A stretch of 32,000 nt of DNA from assembly GCF_000020225.1 (NCBI RefSeq), contig NC_010655.1, forward strand, positions 2,580,001 through 2,612,000, in the 5' to 3' direction. The notes under the pieces were generated by a model that saw only the letters and a program-made list of their open reading frames with translations, made no database searches and was not told where the DNA came from. The translations under genes were made by a program, and so were the position numbers. Source of the stretch: Akkermansia muciniphila ATCC BAA-835 (lineage in GTDB: Bacteria > Verrucomicrobiota > Verrucomicrobiia > Verrucomicrobiales > Akkermansiaceae). Of this stretch, positions 28,242 to 32,000 are shown in pieces (the first letter of the stretch is position 1; each line of letters begins with the position of its first letter).

Positions 28242-29942
28242 GTGCTGTTCCGCGGAGGGCTTCCCCAGGCGCCGGGAACACCGATCTCCTTTGTTGTGCG
28301 CCGAATCAACTTTTCTCTTGCTTTCCGTTCTCCAAAAGTTCTATTTCCGTTGACTGTGAGTCAATTATTTTATCTACTGCTTTTTCCCGCCTTTTGTTTC
28401 CCGCTTTCGGCCCGCGCGAAAGCGGTTCCGCCGTCTGTTCCCGCCGTCTCCGTCAGGATGGTGCATCCGGACAGCCAGGAGCTGGACCGGGAAAGGAGCC
28501 CTGTTCCGGAAGGATACACGCCTTATACATACGAATTCCGCGACCGCCATGGAAAAATGCAGCGGGAACGGCTGTTCCTGAAAAATACCCCCATCATCAC
28601 GGAATCGGAAGTGGAACAGGCAAGAATTGAGCCGGAGAGAAGAGAATGCCTCCACATCACCCTGAATACACAGGGCGGAAAAACCATGAAAGCGGCAACC
28701 TCCGCCATGAATCTGGGCCGCGACAGGCTGGCCCTCGTCGTTCAGGGAAAAATCAAGTCGGCCCCCGTGGTGCAGGCCGTCATATCCCGTACTTTTGAAA
28801 TCTCCGGACTGGACGGAAAAAATGAAGCCTCCGGACTGGCGGAACTGCTCAACCGGCAGGCACCCACAGAAAAAAACACACCCTTCATTCCACAGGATCT
28901 GGCCCTGTACGCCGTCCATCCGGAAAGCCGCCGTCTGGTGGAAGAAGGAGCCCTACGCGTACCGGGCTTCAGGCTCTGGAAGCTCCCGGCGCACCGGCAG
29001 GGAAAAACGGGAGAGGTAGAATATCTGTTCCTGGGGAATTCTCCCATCATTTCCGGAGACTGCGCCAGACATGCGGAGCCAGATATGGAACATCCGGGAA
29101 GCCTGGACATCACCTGGAACGAAGAAGCATTCCGTAAACTGGAGCGGGCATCGGCCGGACTACGCCCCGGCAAGGACAGGATTGCTGTCGTTCTGCGCGG
29201 AACCATTCTGTCCACCCCCTTATTCCAGGGAATGCCTTCCCGCACCACTCTTATTCCCGGTCTGGGGGATGACAGCCGGCTGGATGCCCTGTGCCGGGCC
29301 ATCAACAACACCCTTCTGCCGCTGACGGAACAGCAAAAACGGCATGTGAGGGAAAACGTGGCTCTTTATCCCATCCATCCGCGCAGCCGGGAATTGGAAC
29401 AGCATTTTCTTCCGGAACTTCTGCAGGGAAAATCCATCCGCCTGGAAAGCGGATTCCGTTCCATCCCCTATACCTGCCCCGATTTCCCGAACCCCGTCCG
29501 GACCTATGTCTTCATCCGCCCGGAATCCCTCATTGGGCCGGAGGACATTCAGGAGGTGGAACGCGACCAGGATGGAACAATCTCCTGCCAACTTCTGCCC
29601 GGGGCATGGGAAAAAGCGTTTGCTTTCATGAAGGCAAACCCTGCGGGCCAGGTGGAGGCGGCAGTTGTTTTCCGGGGGAACATGCGCCTCCGGTTTGAAA
29701 TCAAAAGATTCTCCCTTCAACTGTGGGGGATGCCTGTGCTGGATTCCATCCAGCCAAATTCTTTCATTTACCTTCCTGAGCCGGAAGAAGAGCAACGGAT
29801 GTACCGGGAGTCCTTTCACCTGGCAATCTACGGCTTCCTGGAACCCGTTTGCCCGTGGTTCTTTAAAAGCTCTCCCGTGTTCCGGGCATGGGGTTCCCGG
29901 CGTCCCTTTCTGATGATTGACTCATCCCTGAAAGGCCCCTGA
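28242..29942 (+). CDS. Secreted protein with three tandem SecD/SecDF periplasmic P1-like modules
   Basis: Signal-like LFYLLLFPAFCFPLSARA. There are three ~150-aa modules, each opening with a xHPxSxxL motif (VHPDSQEL, VHPESRRL, IHPRSREL). Modules 1 and 2 contain LALVVQGKIKSAPVVQ / IAVVLRGTILSTPLFQ, which resemble the SecD LAIVLDGxVISAPVIQ block. The start is uncertain: GTG 28242, TTG 28350 or GTG 28356. Confidence 0.6.
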   Translation: MLFRGGLPQAPGTPISFVVRRINFSLAFRSPKVLFPLTVSQLFYLLLFPAFCFPLSARAKAVPPSVPAVSVRMVHPDSQELDRERSPVPEGYTPYTYEFRDRHGKMQRERLFLKNTPIITESEVEQARIEPERRECLHITLNTQGGKTMKAATSAMNLGRDRLALVVQGKIKSAPVVQAVISRTFEISGLDGKNEASGLAELLNRQAPTEKNTPFIPQDLALYAVHPESRRLVEEGALRVPGFRLWKLPAHRQGKTGEVEYLFLGNSPIISGDCARHAEPDMEHPGSLDITWNEEAFRKLERASAGLRPGKDRIAVVLRGTILSTPLFQGMPSRTTLIPGLGDDSRLDALCRAINNTLLPLTEQQKRHVRENVALYPIHPRSRELEQHFLPELLQGKSIRLESGFRSIPYTCPDFPNPVRTYVFIRPESLIGPEDIQEVERDQDGTISCQLLPGAWEKAFAFMKANPAGQVEAAVVFRGNMRLRFEIKRFSLQLWGMPVLDSIQPNSFIYLPEPEEEQRMYRESFHLAIYGFLEPVCPWFFKSSPVFRAWGSRRPFLMIDSSLKGP

Positions 29943-31104
29943 TTAAAGGAATCGTTTCGTCGCACGCGCCATGCTGCGCTTGCCGCCGGCCGGTATTTTT
30001 CACATGGGCCAGATACGGCAGAAGGCACGGGGCAAAACGTTTCAGGGCAAAATAAAACAGGACGATGGCCGCAAACACCAGCAACGGCGTGAAGAAGGCG
30101 AACAGGCTGGATTTCATGGCGGGAGGCAGGAAACCGTAAATGGGCCAGTGCAGCATGAACGTCAGAAAGCAGGCGGGAGCCAGCAAAGCTATTTTCGCAG
30201 ACAGGCCGGGCAGGTGCTTTTCCATCCAGATGCCTGCGTACATGATCATCATGACACCCAGAAGCATGCCAATGGCCGTCTCTTTCCACAGGGGGATCAC
30301 TCCGGCGGAATACAGCGCTATCAGTACAACGGGCATAAAAATGCTTACCCAGAAAAAAATGCCGAATTTTTTATTCATCAACAGATGAATGTCGTCAATC
30401 CGCCGGGAACTGAGCGCAACGCCCAGCAGGTAAAAAGCACAGGTTCCAATGGAAATCGTCTCCGTGTGGTCCGGGGCCGTGTTGAAGAAACAGAAAAAGA
30501 GGAGCACCGCAGGAAACAGCAGGATTTTGACGCGGACCAGAAGAGGCGTCAGCAACGTGAGAATGATAATGTCCCTCAGGAACCAGGAAGGGCCGATGGG
30601 GGGAACGGCATGGGAGTCATCTGCGGAGAAAAGGTTCATGCCCGGAAGAAAGACGTCCCGGATACCAATTAAATTCTCAAGGCGGAAGGAAGCGCCGTCA
30701 TGAGGCAGGACAAGGAACACGTACAGTACATTCCAGAACATGAACGGAATAAACAGCCAGAAAGCCCGGTTAAAAGCCTTGTTCCAGGTGATGTTCCTGC
30801 CCAGGAAGTACCCTGCCAGCACCAGGAAAAACGGAACCCTCCCCAGGTAAAAGAGATGGAGGCTCACCGCCTGGAGAAAGGGGGAGGACAGGTGGACGTA
30901 CATGATCAGAAGGGCTGCAATAACCCTTGATACGTCAATCCATAAGACACGTTTTGATGGGGGGGGGGGGGGGGGGGGTAAGCGTGTCAAGAATCGGAGG
31001 CTGGTTTTGGGAGTTATACACTTAAGCGGGGAAAAAGTAATGCAGGCGGGTGTCAAAGTCAAGTATCCGGAACCTTTTCGGGCATGGGCTCCGCATGGGG
31101 GCAT
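29863..31104 (-). CDS. Acyltransferase family 3 (AT3) integral membrane O-acyltransferase with an internal poly-C (poly-G on + strand) tract
   Basis: VLWIDVSRVIAALLIMYVHL and GRVPFFLVLAGYFLGRN are AT3 signatures, and there are about 10 TM helices. The ORF is open up to 31218, but the ATG at 31104 avoids overlap with the divergent fumarase gene. The exact start is uncertain. Confidence 0.8.
   Translation of the reverse strand: MPPCGAHARKGSGYLTLTPACITFSPLKCITPKTSLRFLTRLPPPPPPPSKRVLWIDVSRVIAALLIMYVHLSSPFLQAVSLHLFYLGRVPFFLVLAGYFLGRNITWNKAFNRAFWLFIPFMFWNVLYVFLVLPHDGASFRLENLIGIRDVFLPGMNLFSADDSHAVPPIGPSWFLRDIIILTLLTPLLVRVKILLFPAVLLFFCFFNTAPDHTETISIGTCAFYLLGVALSSRRIDDIHLLMNKKFGIFFWVSIFMPVVLIALYSAGVIPLWKETAIGMLLGVMMIMYAGIWMEKHLPGLSAKIALLAPACFLTFMLHWPIYGFLPPAMKSSLFAFFTPLLVFAAIVLFYFALKRFAPCLLPYLAHVKNTGRRQAQHGACDETIPLIRGLSGMSQSSERDAGNPMPGTRESF
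30959..30978. repeat. Homopolymeric G(20) tract
   Basis: Counted directly: 20 consecutive G from 30959 to 30978. On the minus strand it encodes the PPPPPPP run upstream of the AT3 domain. Confidence 0.95.
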
Positions 31105-31197
31105 CCCTGATTTTTTTGCTCGAACCGGATTCGGAGCTTCGCTATATTGGCTCCCGTTATGGCAACACCGGATTTTCATTATCAGGATCCTTTTCCC

Positions 31198-32000
31198 ATG
31201 GAAAAGGACGACACCCAATACCGTCTCATCACGTCAGACTATGTGAGCGTAGGCGACTTTGAAGGACACCCCATGCTGAAAGTGGAACCGGAGGGACTGC
31301 GCCTGCTGGCAGCGGAAGCCTTCCATGACGTGGCCTTTTTCCTGCGCCCCGCCCACCTGAAGCAGGTGGCCGCCATTCTGGACGATCCGGAAGCCAGCGA
31401 CAATGATAAAAGCGTGGCCCTGACGATGCTCCGCAACGCGGAAGTGGCGTCCGCCGGCATCCTGCCCTTCTGCCAGGACACAGGAACCGCCACCATCGTA
31501 GGCAAAAAGGGCCAGCAGGTATGGACCGGCTGTGACGACTGCGAACAGCTTTCCCACGGCGTTTACGACGCCTATACCCAGAACAACCTGCGCTATTCCC
31601 AGACGGTGGCGCTGGATATGTACACGGAGAAAAACACCGGCACCAACCTTCCCGCCCAAATTGACCTGGAAGCGGTGGAGGGCATGAAATACTCCTTCCT
31701 GTTCGTCGCCAAGGGCGGCGGCTCCGCCAACAAAACTTACCTTTACCAGGAAACGAAGGCCCTGCTCAACCCGGCCACGCTGAAAAAGTTCCTGGTGGAA
31801 AAGATGAGTACTCTGGGCACGGCGGCCTGCCCTCCCTATCACATCGCTTTCGTCATTGGCGGAACCTCTGCGGAAAAATGCCTGAAGACCGTGAAGATGG
31901 CTTCCACGAAGTACTACGACAATCTGCCGACTACGGGGAACGAACACGGCCGTGCCTTCCGTGACCTGGAACTGGAAAAGGAACTGCATGAAGAAGCGTG
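31198..32000 (+). CDS. Class I (FumA/FumB-type, Fe-S) fumarate hydratase, partial (continues beyond right edge)
   Basis: Hand translation gives [24 protein letters not shown]...[23 protein letters not shown]...[12 protein letters not shown]...[20 protein letters not shown]...[21 protein letters not shown]. This is near-colinear with E. coli FumA as I remember it. It is not in the track because it has no stop within the window. Confidence 0.95.
   Translation, partial: MEKDDTQYRLITSDYVSVGDFEGHPMLKVEPEGLRLLAAEAFHDVAFFLRPAHLKQVAAILDDPEASDNDKSVALTMLRNAEVASAGILPFCQDTGTATIVGKKGQQVWTGCDDCEQLSHGVYDAYTQNNLRYSQTVALDMYTEKNTGTNLPAQIDLEAVEGMKYSFLFVAKGGGSANKTYLYQETKALLNPATLKKFLVEKMSTLGTAACPPYHIAFVIGGTSAEKCLKTVKMASTKYYDNLPTTGNEHGRAFRDLELEKELHEEA

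Noticed and set aside
30985-30990. TTGACA (minus strand) just upstream of the poly-C tract as a -35 box, which would make the tract a promoter-spacer switch
   Set aside because: The hexamer is followed by a 6-nt spacer plus C20. Any -10 element would therefore lie about 26 nt away or inside the tract, and no start codon exists downstream of the tract before the conserved AT3 block. Translational frameshifting is the better explanation.
31105-31218. Most upstream ATGs (31179, 31218) for the AT3 gene
   Set aside because: They would overlap or abut the divergent fumarate hydratase start at 31198. This is not excluded, but the ATG at 31104 is more economical. The phase-variation argument holds for any of these starts.
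31234-31989. 251-aa minus-strand ORF at the right edge
   Set aside because: Antisense to the class I fumarate hydratase reading frame, which I translated by hand and which matches FumA nearly residue for residue in its conserved blocks.

Overview
High-GC bacterial chromosomal segment, about 60% GC in the lines I counted, with dense coding on both strands. The gene content (PEP-CTERM surface protein, secreted GH20 hexosaminidase, MoxR/DUF58 pair, OprB-like porin, membrane-bound [NiFe] hydrogenase) fits a Verrucomicrobiota, Akkermansia-like gut organism; this placement is inference only. Housekeeping genes are aguB-like amidase, pth, a class A PBP, purA, hisC, a nitroreductase and a class I fumarate hydratase. 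At the centre is a compact group-1 [NiFe] uptake hydrogenase operon: small subunit, large subunit, cytochrome b, maturation protease, hypA. Three coding regions are missing from the supplied ORF track and I translated them by hand. They are an AT-rich minus-strand ORF running off the left edge (1..475), the fumarate hydratase running off the right edge (31198..32000), and a 45-aa membrane peptide (27194..27331). The observations I rate highest are: (1) the hydrogenase cytochrome b has a ~165-aa N-terminal extension that reads like a degenerate P-type ATPase nucleotide-binding (N) domain; (2) a 20-nt poly-G tract lies inside the 5' coding part of an acyltransferase-3 gene, a classic slipped-strand phase-variation switch; (3) GC content drops abruptly to ~30% at the left edge, suggesting foreign DNA; (4) a small accessory-looking module at 27.2-29.9 kb holds an RHH protein plus membrane peptide, a divergent HTH-RHH regulator, and a secreted protein built of three SecD-P1-like repeats; (5) the class A PBP has degenerate SxxK and SxN transpeptidase motifs. 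No rRNA, tRNA, CRISPR array or transposase was recognised. All family calls rest on motif reading by eye and memory; no searches were run.
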